Origin: an uncultured Spirochaetales bacterium
GTDB taxonomy: Bacteria; Spirochaetota; Spirochaetia; JABMQR01
Length of the DNA: 64,000 nt
Direction of reading: 5' to 3'
NCBI GenBank assembly: GCA_964567895.1
Contig: CAZMOX010000003.1
Span: 651 to 64,650 of the forward strand
Below are positions 9,863-19,874 of the stretch, piece after piece. The notes under the pieces are model-generated. The model worked only from the letters and a program-made list of their open reading frames with translations, searched no databases and had not been told where the DNA came from. A program made the translations under genes and the position numbers. Numbering within the stretch: position 1 is the first letter of the stretch; each line of letters begins with the position of its first letter.

Positions 9863-11884
9863 CTATTTAATAAACCACTGATCAGCCCGGTAGGGATAAG
9901 AATAAGCAAAGAAAGTACTGTTAATTGTCCATTCCGGTGCATTCCCAAGTCTGTCATGTACTACAGTTATCAATGGTATTTCACCAAGAGTACCAATAAC
10001 AGACAGATTATCCTTATTGATCTTTATAATTTCTTTTCCAAGCTCCATATATCTTGCTGTTCCTGGAACAAGGGTAACCCATTCGTCTCCTATTTCCCAA
10101 AGATGTAATACCCATGCTGGCGGTTTTTCACCTGATGCGCCATTACTGGTTTTCCAGTCCATCCAGGGCAGACCCATTATAGGCCATGCTGCAGCGTATG
10201 GAGGCATAAACAAAGAAGGACTTGAAATCATATTTGGTTCAAAAGGTGCAAACCATTCGCTTGTAATATCCAGGGTATTGGATTTTTGTTTATCTCTGGT
10301 AAGCTGAGTATTTACCTCTTTCAGCAGTACTTTTACACCAACATTTCCCCAGTATTCAGAGATAAGAGCCGGAAAATCCGGTGTTCCCACATACTGAATA
10401 GTATATTCCCACAGAACTGTAAGCTCTTTTCCATCAGAACGCAGTCTGACTCCATTAGAACCCATTTTCAGTCCCATTTCATCCAGCAGTTTATTTGCCT
10501 CTGCAGGATCATAATCAGCCATAAATTCTCTGTCCTTATCTGTAACATAGGGTACATTCAAAGGCATTGCCTGCTGGGGAGTTCCAAGACCCAGAAATAG
10601 TGCCTCGTTAAGTTCATCACGGTTTATTGCCAGGGACATAGCATATCTAAAGCGAACATCACTATAGATTTCTCTTAAAGCAGGATCTTCAGCTGTCTGG
10701 TTAAATATCATAGGAGGACCAACCTGTCCTGCAGGAAGCTGAAGCTTATAGTTCCCTTTTTTCTCATTTTCTTTTAATATTGTAAAATCGGTTAAGGCCA
10801 TGCTCTGAGACTTTTGATCAACCTTACCATTCATAATCTCAAGAGGCCATAATTGCTTTTCAAGAAATCTTTCATAATGATAATCAACATAAGGAAGCTG
10901 GTTACCTGCTGTATCTACCTTAAAGTAATATGGGTTAGCAATAAAAAGACGTTGTTGTATTGTAGGTACTTCACTAAGATAATGACTCTCAAGGGTTGGG
11001 ACCTTAACTCCCTCAGGGCCTGCAACTACAGCATCTTTCCATTTATTCCAGTAAGTGCCAAACTGCCGTACCCAATTATCATATCCGGCTGCAATGGCTT
11101 CTTTATCGGCATTTGGATTATATTTAATATGATACTGTTTTAGAAAATGTTTTGGGGCAAATGCATCAAAAGTAGATCCGTTTCCTCCCAGATAATAGAG
11201 CAAACCAGGGAACGCATTTTCAAATTTAATTTTTACAGTTACATCATTAATTTTTTCTATACTTGGAACTGCTGCACTCCATGGAGATGGAATAACTTTA
11301 TGGATCTCTTTATTAAGGAGGATATCATTTACATAAAAAACCATATCATCAGCATTAAAGGGTTCTCCATCGGACCACTTGTGTCCTTTCCTCAATACAA
11401 ATGTTATTTCAGTAAAGTCATCATTCCATTCCCATGATTTTGCAACATTCGGTACAATGGTACTTAGATCATCACTGAATCTAACCAGGTTAGCCTGGCG
11501 CCACGCCATTACTTCGGTAGTACCTGACTCATAAGAGATACACATACCTCTAAGCTGTCCACCGTATTGCCCAATTTCTTTATAGGGCAGAACAACAAGT
11601 GGTTCTTCCGGCAGACGCTTGTCTACAGACTGAAGTGCACCACTACTCTCTTTAGCAGCAAATAATGGATTGCCGGTAAAAGTAAGTTCCTTGCCTGTCT
11701 GCTTTTCATAATCGGCCAATTCAAGCTGCTGAGGGAATTCAGTTGTTATCCCCATAGCATCTGCTACAGTTGCTGCAACAACAGATCCACCTGAACTTGT
11801 TTCGGCGGCGTCTTGCTGTCCGCCTGAAAACACACTGAATGCAATAAACAGCAATAGCAGGGCGACAATTAGTTTCTTTTTCAT
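9863..11884 (-). CDS. Family-5 ABC solute-binding protein
   Basis: Signal peptide ending VFSGGQQD. Motifs [45 protein letters not shown] and [12 protein letters not shown]. Confidence 0.92.
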   Translation of the reverse strand: MKKKLIVALLLLFIAFSVFSGGQQDAAETSSGGSVVAATVADAMGITTEFPQQLELADYEKQTGKELTFTGNPLFAAKESSGALQSVDKRLPEEPLVVLPYKEIGQYGGQLRGMCISYESGTTEVMAWRQANLVRFSDDLSTIVPNVAKSWEWNDDFTEITFVLRKGHKWSDGEPFNADDMVFYVNDILLNKEIHKVIPSPWSAAVPSIEKINDVTVKIKFENAFPGLLYYLGGNGSTFDAFAPKHFLKQYHIKYNPNADKEAIAAGYDNWVRQFGTYWNKWKDAVVAGPEGVKVPTLESHYLSEVPTIQQRLFIANPYYFKVDTAGNQLPYVDYHYERFLEKQLWPLEIMNGKVDQKSQSMALTDFTILKENEKKGNYKLQLPAGQVGPPMIFNQTAEDPALREIYSDVRFRYAMSLAINRDELNEALFLGLGTPQQAMPLNVPYVTDKDREFMADYDPAEANKLLDEMGLKMGSNGVRLRSDGKELTVLWEYTIQYVGTPDFPALISEYWGNVGVKVLLKEVNTQLTRDKQKSNTLDITSEWFAPFEPNMISSPSLFMPPYAAAWPIMGLPWMDWKTSNGASGEKPPAWVLHLWEIGDEWVTLVPGTARYMELGKEIIKINKDNLSVIGTLGEIPLITVVHDRLGNAPEWTINSTFFAYSYPYRADQWFIK

Positions 11885-11951
11885 CTTTCTCTCCTTTAAT
11901 TATTTCACATATTTTTCACAAAAAGTATTGGTAAGAAGTTTAATATGTTAA

Positions 11952-11983
11952 ACTTAGTTTATCATACTATACATAACTGTCAA
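11952..11983 (-). promoter_or_regulatory. Putative promoter of the ABC-hydrolase operon
   Basis: TTGACA-N16-TAAACT(AAGT). Confidence 0.45.
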
Positions 11984-12226
11984 GCTTTTTCATAAAGGAA
12001 GCGAAGGAAGTTTTTTGCGGTGTGCCCATCATATCCGGGTTCTTAAAGCATGGAATGTGGGGAATTAAAGAATTTACGGGAGTCTAAGGCGTATCATCTT
12101 GGGGATAACATTTACCGATTCTACCAAACGAGCAAGTACTTGATAGAAAATACATAACGAAAAAAGAAATAATGGGAATTTTGGGTGTAAAACTCAGGAT
12201 GACTAATATTAACATTGTGTTAAAAG

Positions 12227-12258
12227 TTGATAATTGTGTATTATATAGTAAACTAAGT
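12227..12258 (+). promoter_or_regulatory. Putative promoter of the aminomutase operon
   Basis: TTGATA-N16-TAAACT(AAGT), the same 10-mer as the divergent promoter. Confidence 0.45.
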
Positions 12259-12332
12259 ACAGTATATTGAACTAACTATAAATATTTGCTATAGATTAAA
12301 TAGGCGGAGATTACATTACGGAGGGAATAAAA

Positions 12333-13913
12333 ATGAGTAATACTAAAATGGAGCATAGAGAGCTTGATTCTTTTACCAAGGAACTTTTTGACGAACTGTT
12401 TGCATCGGTTACTGCAGGTCCCGGAGTTTTCCGAGGAAAAATCGATGAAATGCAAAACAATCTGAACGAGATGAAGCATACTAGGCTTACTCAGCCTATC
12501 CTTGATTTCTTTATACAACTCCTTGAGTTACGCCGGGAACAGGACATCCTTCCCACTGACCTGGGGTTGAACTATGAAGATCTCCTTGTCCTGGCTAAAC
12601 GTCATGAGGAGATCGATGAACATGGAGTTACCTTGGGCGGCCGGATAAACCGCGCACTTCCTATTGTTCAGGCGGCCAACAAACGCGTGGAAGACTACCT
12701 CCATGAAAAAGATGCCGAAGCACCAAGTGGTATTGAGCTATGGGAGAGGATTCAGGAAAACAAGAAGCGGATCATGAAAGAGCTTAAAATGAGCGAAGAA
12801 GAATGGAATTCCTATAAAGGACAGCTCAAATACGCCATCAATTCTGTTGACACTCTTTCAAGAGTTCTGGACCTTCCTCCTTCTGTAATTAAGGATGTTC
12901 TGAGAGTTACCGAATCCTACCGCATGCGCCTGACTCCTTATTATGCAAGTCTAATCCAGCCGGGTAAAATCAATGATCCTGTTCTTATACAGAGTGTGCC
13001 TACAGGTGAAATGGTTGACAATGTAGGTGAAGAGATTCCTCCTGTAGCAGCAGACCATTCACCGGCGAGGCTGATTGATCAGTTTTATCCCAGGGTTGTA
13101 TCGGTTAAGTCTACAAACATGTGTGCCATGTACTGTACCCATTGTCTCAGAATTGCCCATATTGGGGGAAAGGACAGGATTTATCATAAAGAGGCATACC
13201 GGGAGGCTCTTGACTATATAAGAAAGAACCCTTTAATTCGTGATGTTCTGGTAACCGGGGGAGACGCCTTTGTTCTGCCCAACGATATGCTCAGGTTTCT
13301 TCTCGATGAGCTTGACTCAATAGATCATATTACTGTAAAACGCCTTGGTACCCGTATCCCTGTCACAGCACCCATGAGGATAGATGATGAACTTCTCGAT
13401 ATACTTAGTAAGAGCAATGATAAAAAACCGATTCGTGTAGTCACACAGATAAATACAGCACAGGAAATTACTCCTGTCAGCAGAGAGGCTTTTAGGAAAC
13501 TTTCATCAGTATCAATGACAGTCATGAATCAGGCTGTACTCCTGAAAGGGATCAATGATACCCGTGTAAAGATGTGGAAGCTATGCGAGACCATTCATGA
13601 GGCTTACGTCCGTCCATATTATGTTTTCAACTGTTCCTACAGAAATGCTCAATTTTCACATCTGCGTGTTCCCGTTGAGATCGGCAGAGATATTATAGAA
13701 AGCATGTACGGGAACATATCCGGTGATGCAATACCACGTTTTATCTGTACGGCAGGGGGCAAAGTACCTATGTACAGGGACAATGTTATCGGTAAAAAAG
13801 AAAATGCAGTGGTTTTGAGAAAACCATGGTCCGGGGAGGAGGTTGATTATCCTGACGCAGATCCTGAAATATACAGTAAAACAGATTTTGCTTTTGCAAA
13901 GTATAAGGACTGA
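12333..13913 (+). CDS. KamA-family radical-SAM/PLP amino-acid 2,3-aminomutase of unknown substrate
   Basis: CAMYCTHC cluster motif followed by LR, RDVLVTGGD, RLGTR, NQAVLLKGIND, RPYYVF and GGKVP (PLP lysine). It has an N-terminal extension of about 100 aa. Confidence 0.88.
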   Translation: MSNTKMEHRELDSFTKELFDELFASVTAGPGVFRGKIDEMQNNLNEMKHTRLTQPILDFFIQLLELRREQDILPTDLGLNYEDLLVLAKRHEEIDEHGVTLGGRINRALPIVQAANKRVEDYLHEKDAEAPSGIELWERIQENKKRIMKELKMSEEEWNSYKGQLKYAINSVDTLSRVLDLPPSVIKDVLRVTESYRMRLTPYYASLIQPGKINDPVLIQSVPTGEMVDNVGEEIPPVAADHSPARLIDQFYPRVVSVKSTNMCAMYCTHCLRIAHIGGKDRIYHKEAYREALDYIRKNPLIRDVLVTGGDAFVLPNDMLRFLLDELDSIDHITVKRLGTRIPVTAPMRIDDELLDILSKSNDKKPIRVVTQINTAQEITPVSREAFRKLSSVSMTVMNQAVLLKGINDTRVKMWKLCETIHEAYVRPYYVFNCSYRNAQFSHLRVPVEIGRDIIESMYGNISGDAIPRFICTAGGKVPMYRDNVIGKKENAVVLRKPWSGEEVDYPDADPEIYSKTDFAFAKYKD

Positions 13914-13915
13914 AT

Positions 13916-15097
13916 ATGGAAACCACTCCCGTAAAATATCTTGAGGAACGGCATGATGAGATGCTTAAACTCCTGAAGGATCTTGTTTTAATTCAAAGCG
14001 GTACTCACAATAAACCCGGTGTTAACCGGGTTTGTAATGCTGTAGTAAAAGCAGTTGAGGACCTTCCTGTCAGGATAACACGCCTCGAACATGAGCATTG
14101 GGGAGATACTCTGATCCTGTCAGGCAGTTCGGCAGGTGATTCCGGTAACATTCTGCTGGTTGGCCATATGGATACAGTATTCCCTGAGGATACGGATTTT
14201 AACTGGTATCGTGAAGATGAAAAAAATGCCTACGGGCCGGGTGTTATAGATATGAAGGGTGGTATTGTTTCGATCATTTACGCCCTTAAAGCGCTTGATT
14301 CCTGTAATATGCTTTCCAAAATACCGATAAGAGTAATCTTCAATTCAGATGAAGAAATCGGTTCTCCGGTATCCCGGGAGATTATTGCCTCAGAGGCAAA
14401 GAAAAGTGCTATGTCTCTGGTTACTGAGTGCTGTGGTATGAACGGGGAAGTGGTCACGGGTCGAAAGGGGCGTCTGGGTCTGGAGATGCAGGTTCGGGGG
14501 AAGGCCGGCCACGCAGCTAACTTAACAGAAGAAAAATCCAGCGCTGTATTGGCTCTTGCTTATAAAATTATTAAGATAGAATCTTTAAACAACACTTTCC
14601 CTGAACTGACTGTCAATGTCGGCCTCATAGAGGGTGGTACCGGTCCAAACAGCATTGCTGAAACTGCCATGGCTGCTATCGACATTCGCTTTAGTAGTGA
14701 AAAGACGCTTAGTAACTTCATGATCAGCCTTGAAAAGATCAATAATCGCATTGATGTGGCCGGTACAACGAGTCGTATTGTTAAGGTAGCTGATCGTCCT
14801 GCAATGGTGACAACAGAACAAAACAGAGAACTGTTTTCCATTGCCGCCGAAGCGGGGGAAAGGCTTGGAATCCCTGTAGTTGAGGAATTTCGTTCAGGAG
14901 GTTCTGACGCAAATATTATAGCTGCGGCTGGTACTCCTGTAATTGATGGACTGGGTCCTATAGGCAGATATGATCACAGCGACCGGGAATATATGATTAA
15001 GGAAAGCCTTCTTGACCGGACAAAACTTCTCGTTCTGTTGATAGAATTAGGTCATCAGCGTCTATTATCAGGAAAACTTTTTAAGCAGGTTATTTAA
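13916..15097 (+). CDS. M20 metallopeptidase, carboxypeptidase-G2-like
   Basis: GHMDTVF, GPGVIDMKGG, DEEIGS, GRKG, GGSDAN and DGLGP...HS.REY. Confidence 0.88.
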   Translation: METTPVKYLEERHDEMLKLLKDLVLIQSGTHNKPGVNRVCNAVVKAVEDLPVRITRLEHEHWGDTLILSGSSAGDSGNILLVGHMDTVFPEDTDFNWYREDEKNAYGPGVIDMKGGIVSIIYALKALDSCNMLSKIPIRVIFNSDEEIGSPVSREIIASEAKKSAMSLVTECCGMNGEVVTGRKGRLGLEMQVRGKAGHAANLTEEKSSAVLALAYKIIKIESLNNTFPELTVNVGLIEGGTGPNSIAETAMAAIDIRFSSEKTLSNFMISLEKINNRIDVAGTTSRIVKVADRPAMVTTEQNRELFSIAAEAGERLGIPVVEEFRSGGSDANIIAAAGTPVIDGLGPIGRYDHSDREYMIKESLLDRTKLLVLLIELGHQRLLSGKLFKQVI

Positions 15098-15119
15098 ATA
15101 GTTATCAGGAGAGGTTCTT

Positions 15120-16721
15120 ATGGATATTTCAGCTATTGAAAGCAAATTCCGCTCTACACCGGATATGAAAAGTTCATCTGCAGAAGAGGGTATGGTTGCA
15201 ACGGCATTTCCTCATGCGACCAGGGCCGGGGTGGAAATCCTGCGAAGGGGCGGAAATGCTGTTGATGCAGCCTGTGCTTCGGCATTTGCAATCGGTGTTT
15301 GTGAACCCCAGGCAAGCGGCATAGGCGGCGAATCCAACGCTATCCTAAATATGGACGGCATGACCATAGCTCTCGACGGATCAAGCCGCGCTCCTGGGCT
15401 TGTTGATATCAACACGGTAGATGAGGAATCCCTAAGTACTGGTTACAAGGGGACTACAGTTCCCAGTACTGTTGCCGTCTTAGGACATCTCCATAGACGT
15501 TTTGGCCGGCTGAAATGGAATGAAATTCTGGAACCGGCGATTAATATTGCCAGAGAGGGATTTGAAATTACTCAATTTCAGCATGATCTTCAGATACAGG
15601 AACTATCCCTGTTTAAGAAGGTACCTTCGTTATCCGGTGCAGGTTATTACCTGAAAGATGGTTTAAAACCCTTTGAAACAGGGGAGTTATTTACTCAACC
15701 GGATCTTGTATTAATTCTGCAGGATATTGCAGACTTTGGTCCGGAGTACTTCTATACAGGAAAACCCGCAAGTATCATTGACGAAGATATGCGTGCAAAT
15801 GGTGGATTTCTACGATCTGATGATTTGGGTCGAATCCCCTGGCCTGTTGAGCGCACTCCCATTACGACTAAGTACCGAGGACTAAAAATTGCAACTCTGC
15901 CCCCATCTTCTGGTGGAAGAATGCTGCTCCATACACTGGGAGCCCTTGATCGTTGTCCACCTTCTTTTATTGCCGGACAGACTCCGGAATCATATTCACT
16001 ACTGGCCGGAATATTCAAATCGGCATTACATCTAAACGAAGAGAATATTCCCCACCCCGATTATTACTCCCCTGAAAATGATTTCATGCTGTCTGGAGAA
16101 CCTTCAGATATAAATATTAAAAGTATGATGGAAAATTTTTTTCCTGATGCCAGTGGAGAAACCACGCATCTGTCAGTAATGGACTCTCAGGGTAATTCTG
16201 TGGGTATTACACAGTCAATAAATCATCTTTATGGATGCAAAGCAGCAGCTGAAGGTCTCGGGTTTCTTTATAATAGTTATCTTTCTGATATGAACCGGGA
16301 CGATCCGGAACATCCCCACTACTTCAGACCCAATGGTCTTTCCTATTCTTCAGTTGCGCCTGCAATCATTTTTTACAAAGATTCTCCATGGATGGTTCTT
16401 GGAAGCCCCGGGAGTCAACGGATTTTTACTGCCCTCAGCCAGTTTCTTATCAATGTAGTAGATCGGAATATGACCATATCTGAAGCAATGGAAGAGCCGA
16501 GGATGCATTACTCCATAAACAACCTTATAAGTATTGAAGCAGACCGTTTCCATCCATCTGTTCTATCCCGTTTAAAAGAAGAAGGGTATGAGATCGATAG
16601 ACGGGGATCCTTAAGTTTCTATTTTGGTTCGATTCAGACTGTTCTCAAAAAGAAATCAGGAGGCGGAGGGTTTCAGGGAATCGCCGATGTCAGGAGGGAC
16701 GGAACGGCTGGAGGAATATAG
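15120..16721 (+). CDS. ggt: Gamma-glutamyltransferase family Ntn hydrolase (no signal peptide)
   Basis: GGNAVDAA, EPQASGIGG, autocatalytic ETTHLSVMD, SS motif, LGSPG and DVRRDG. Confidence 0.9.
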   Translation: MDISAIESKFRSTPDMKSSSAEEGMVATAFPHATRAGVEILRRGGNAVDAACASAFAIGVCEPQASGIGGESNAILNMDGMTIALDGSSRAPGLVDINTVDEESLSTGYKGTTVPSTVAVLGHLHRRFGRLKWNEILEPAINIAREGFEITQFQHDLQIQELSLFKKVPSLSGAGYYLKDGLKPFETGELFTQPDLVLILQDIADFGPEYFYTGKPASIIDEDMRANGGFLRSDDLGRIPWPVERTPITTKYRGLKIATLPPSSGGRMLLHTLGALDRCPPSFIAGQTPESYSLLAGIFKSALHLNEENIPHPDYYSPENDFMLSGEPSDINIKSMMENFFPDASGETTHLSVMDSQGNSVGITQSINHLYGCKAAAEGLGFLYNSYLSDMNRDDPEHPHYFRPNGLSYSSVAPAIIFYKDSPWMVLGSPGSQRIFTALSQFLINVVDRNMTISEAMEEPRMHYSINNLISIEADRFHPSVLSRLKEEGYEIDRRGSLSFYFGSIQTVLKKKSGGGGFQGIADVRRDGTAGGI

Positions 16722-16742
16722 AAAGAATGAACTAATATTTCT

Positions 16743-16855
16743 TCATCTTTTTTTTGTACTGAGCAACCATATGCACTACAGCGTTATTTTCTCCGGTATT
16801 CTCAATAGAGTGTTCAATATCGCTGTGGTAGCTTAGAAAATCACCTTTATTCATT
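16743..16855 (-). repeat. Duplicate of the 3' end of the XRE-cupin gene
   Basis: 110/113 identical to 19263-19375 (offset 2520 bp). Confidence 0.9.
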
Positions 16856-16895
16856 AACAGTTAAATATGAAAGGTGAGCACTGTATTCTGCGAAC

Positions 16896-17381
16896 TTATC
16901 TGAGCGGAGTTGTTTGAGATCTGCATATTTTGAAATACTTGGTATTTGAAGACAGAATGATAAATGTTTCAGTGTATGATATACCGCCAATTTTCTCTAA
17001 TTCATTCTTAAAAAGAGCATCATTCAATGATTCGAGTGAATCCACCATTAATTCAAAGAAAAGATCAAAACGGCCGCTTGCATTCCAGACACTTGTTACC
17101 CAAGAAATTTTCTCAATTTTTTTAATTATTTCTTCATGATTCCGCTCTATTAAATTTACACCCACAATTGCTGAGATTCTTCTTGGCAGGGCAAATGGAT
17201 TAACTCTGGCTTCTAGTTTTAATATGTCCTGTTTAATCAATCGTTCAACCCTGTTTTTAATTGTACCTTCAGAAACTTCCAGTTTTCCCGCAATAATTTT
17301 AAACTGTCTTCTGGCATCTTCCTGCAGTTCGAGTATTATTTTTCTGTCAAGATTGTCTATTTCATATTTTTCATTGGTCAT
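16896..17381 (-). CDS. Lrp/AsnC-family regulator
   Basis: IDNLDRKIILELQEDAR...VSEGTIKNRVERL HTH plus a C-terminal RAM domain (SGRFDL). Confidence 0.9.
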   Translation of the reverse strand: MTNEKYEIDNLDRKIILELQEDARRQFKIIAGKLEVSEGTIKNRVERLIKQDILKLEARVNPFALPRRISAIVGVNLIERNHEEIIKKIEKISWVTSVWNASGRFDLFFELMVDSLESLNDALFKNELEKIGGISYTETFIILSSNTKYFKICRSQTTPLR

Positions 17382-17609
17382 TTGATTTTTTAAAGCTCCA
17401 ATAATGTATTTATACAATTACACTTCCTGTCTGTCAATGCAGTTGTTAGCAATAGAAAAAATTGAAAAATTATGGTTTAGATACAATAATATCTAAAAAT
17501 ATTCTATCTAAAATATAAAAATATAAAAATATTGATATAGATATAATTCTAGTATATAATCTGAAAAACAATGAGTAAATCTGCATGCAGGAAATTCAGG
17601 AGGAAATAA

Positions 17610-19055
17610 ATGTCAATATCACTGGGAAAACCAATCAGTAATCAAATTCTGTCAAATGAACAGATACAGCAAGTCAATGACTATGCTCTCCGAATGATGG
17701 AAGAGATCGGGTGCAAGGTACAAAGCACAGAAGCCCTGGATATCCTGGACCGTGCAGGGTGTGATGTAACAAACCCTGATAAGATAAAGATATCCAGGAA
17801 ATTGGTTCTGGAGGCTTTGGAAGCAGCTCCGGGTCAAATAGAGGTTTATAATCGTGATGGAGATCTGGCAATGGAATTAAAGGAAGGTTCCTGTAATTAT
17901 GGTACAGGGTCGGATTGTCCTACTACCATTGATCTTGAAACGGGAGAAAGACGCGCCTCTCTAAAAGATGATGTAGCCAGATTGGCCAGATTCAGTGATG
18001 CTTTGCCCAATATTGATTTTGTAATGTCTTTTGGAATTGCCTATGACAGCCCAAAGGGTGGTAATTTTGTTCATCAGTACGATGCTATGCTGAAAAATAC
18101 AAAAAAACCAATAATTGTCACTGGTCATGGAAGAAATGATATGAACACAATGATTCAGATGGCTGCAGCATCTGTGGGGGGGATAGACAAGCTCAAAATC
18201 AAGCCTCCCCTTGTTCTGTATACAGAACCTTTGTCACCCCTTATTCATACAGAGATGGGGATGGATAAAGGGCTGGTCTGCTGTGATTATGAGGTCCCCT
18301 TTGTCTATATCGGCAGTCCCATGCTGGGGGCATCGGGGCCTGTTACTATTGAGGGCATTCTTGTACAAACCGTAGCGGAGTCCCTGGCCGGGCTTGTTGT
18401 TTTCCAGAAAAAGAAAGAGGGTGCAAAGTTTATTTTTGGCGGTGATGCTACTGCCATGGATATGAAGACCAATATTTTCAGATACGGAGCTCCGGAATTG
18501 AATGTTATTAATCATGGGTTAGCAGATATGGCTCATTATTATAAGCTTCCGTTTTTCTGTATTGCCGGAGCAACGGATTCAAAAGTACTGGATGCCCAGG
18601 CTGGATTTGAATATGCAATGTCCATTTACATGGCAACATTGAACGGTTGCAATATTATTCATGATTGTGGTTATCTTGAGTCAGGTCTTACATCCTCTTT
18701 TGAATCGGTACTTTTTGCAGATGAAATTATAAATTCTGTGAAGTATTTGCTTCGTCCATTGGATTTCACTGAATATACAGTTGCCCTTGATGTGGTGGAG
18801 AGGGTTATGGATGGAAGTAACTTTCTCATAGAAGATCATACAGTGGAACATTTCAGAAAGTCTTTATGGTTTCCGCGTTTTCTGAGCAGAGACCGTTATC
18901 AGACATGGGAAAAGGAGGGAAAGAAGGATCTTGCAATGAAATTGAATGAAGAGGCAAAGAAGATATTTTATAACTATCATCCAGCGGATTTAAAGAAAAA
19001 TACAATTGAGGAAATTGACAGGATAGTTGCCGGCCATCGACCTGATGTTGAATAG
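17610..19055 (+). CDS. Trimethylamine-methyltransferase (MttB) superfamily protein, non-pyrrolysine
   Basis: SPLIH, GASGPVTIEG, AESLAG, FGG..TAMDMKT, YGAPE, DSKVLDAQAGFE and HDCGYLESG. No in-frame amber codon. Confidence 0.88.
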   Translation: MSISLGKPISNQILSNEQIQQVNDYALRMMEEIGCKVQSTEALDILDRAGCDVTNPDKIKISRKLVLEALEAAPGQIEVYNRDGDLAMELKEGSCNYGTGSDCPTTIDLETGERRASLKDDVARLARFSDALPNIDFVMSFGIAYDSPKGGNFVHQYDAMLKNTKKPIIVTGHGRNDMNTMIQMAAASVGGIDKLKIKPPLVLYTEPLSPLIHTEMGMDKGLVCCDYEVPFVYIGSPMLGASGPVTIEGILVQTVAESLAGLVVFQKKKEGAKFIFGGDATAMDMKTNIFRYGAPELNVINHGLADMAHYYKLPFFCIAGATDSKVLDAQAGFEYAMSIYMATLNGCNIIHDCGYLESGLTSSFESVLFADEIINSVKYLLRPLDFTEYTVALDVVERVMDGSNFLIEDHTVEHFRKSLWFPRFLSRDRYQTWEKEGKKDLAMKLNEEAKKIFYNYHPADLKKNTIEEIDRIVAGHRPDVE

Positions 19056-19136
19056 TAGGGTTTACTTTGGCAGATTCAATCTGGGAGAGCATTGCCTTGG
19101 ATACTTCACTTTTCTCAGATAAAATCTTCAGAGTCA
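19047..19136 (-). pseudogene. Degenerate copy of the HTH part of the XRE-cupin gene
   Basis: Reads TLKILSEKSEVSKAMLSQIESAKVNP, about 80% identical in DNA to 19685-19775. Confidence 0.8.
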
Positions 19137-19251
19137 AAAGAATAAAGGTCAACAAATTTCTAATTACAGATAGCTATCTAAAAGAGAGTAGGGATGAATA
19201 TGGTATTCCTCTTGATGGGAAACTCACAGAACCTGGACTTGAGTGGGCGGT

Positions 19252-19839
19252 TTAATGCCTTATCATCTTTTTTTTGTACTGGACAACCATATGCACTACA
19301 GCGTTATTTTCTCCGGTATTCTCAATAGAGTGTTCAATATCGCTGTGGTAGCTTAGAAAGTCACCTTTATTCATTTGTATGACATTCTTCCCGGCTGTAA
19401 CTGTTATCGTTCCGTCAAGAAGTGTAAGGAACTCCTCAGTCCCTGTAAAATGAGGTACAGAAAAGAGTTTCTTTCCTTTTTTAAATGTCATTAGAAAAAT
19501 TTCAATGTCTTCAACCATATCCATAGAAGTAAGATCTTTTACCTGGATTCCTTCCTCCCCCTCCAGGGGGTCGGCAATTATAATTTCATCACTTTTTGTA
19601 AGGGTGAAATTTCTGTTTTTGACAGAAACAACTCTTGTAAGTTCATTGATATCAACCCCAAGGCCGGTTGCAATTTTCCAGACGGTTGAAATAGTCGGGT
19701 TTACCTTGTCGGATTCAATCTGGGAAAGCATTGCTTTTGAGACTCCGCTTTTTTCAGAAAGTATCTTCAGAGTCATCTGATTATCTTTTCTAATTTCCTT
19801 TACAATATCCCCGATAGGAAGTAATATTTTTTCAGTCAT
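19252..19839 (-). CDS. XRE-family HTH plus cupin regulator (PuuR/SutR-like architecture)
   Basis: SGVSKAMLSQIESDKVNPTI HTH and cupin motif H.GTEE...GD...Y.SD..H. Start refined to MTEK with an upstream SD. Confidence 0.9.
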   Translation of the reverse strand: MTEKILLPIGDIVKEIRKDNQMTLKILSEKSGVSKAMLSQIESDKVNPTISTVWKIATGLGVDINELTRVVSVKNRNFTLTKSDEIIIADPLEGEEGIQVKDLTSMDMVEDIEIFLMTFKKGKKLFSVPHFTGTEEFLTLLDGTITVTAGKNVIQMNKGDFLSYHSDIEHSIENTGENNAVVHMVVQYKKKMIRH

Positions 19840-19874
19840 TTTGTTCCTTCTGATGAAAGTTTTTAGCAAAGGGT

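Noticed and set aside
11990-12200. Possible coding remnant between the divergent operons
   Set aside because: Short open stretches in several frames but no recognisable motif, start or SD.
12333-13913. Calling this gene kamA (lysine 2,3-aminomutase), eam or epmB
   Set aside because: It lacks the Asp/Asp (lysine) and Lys/Asn (glutamate) specificity residues, and it is too long and lacks the efp/epmA context for EpmB.
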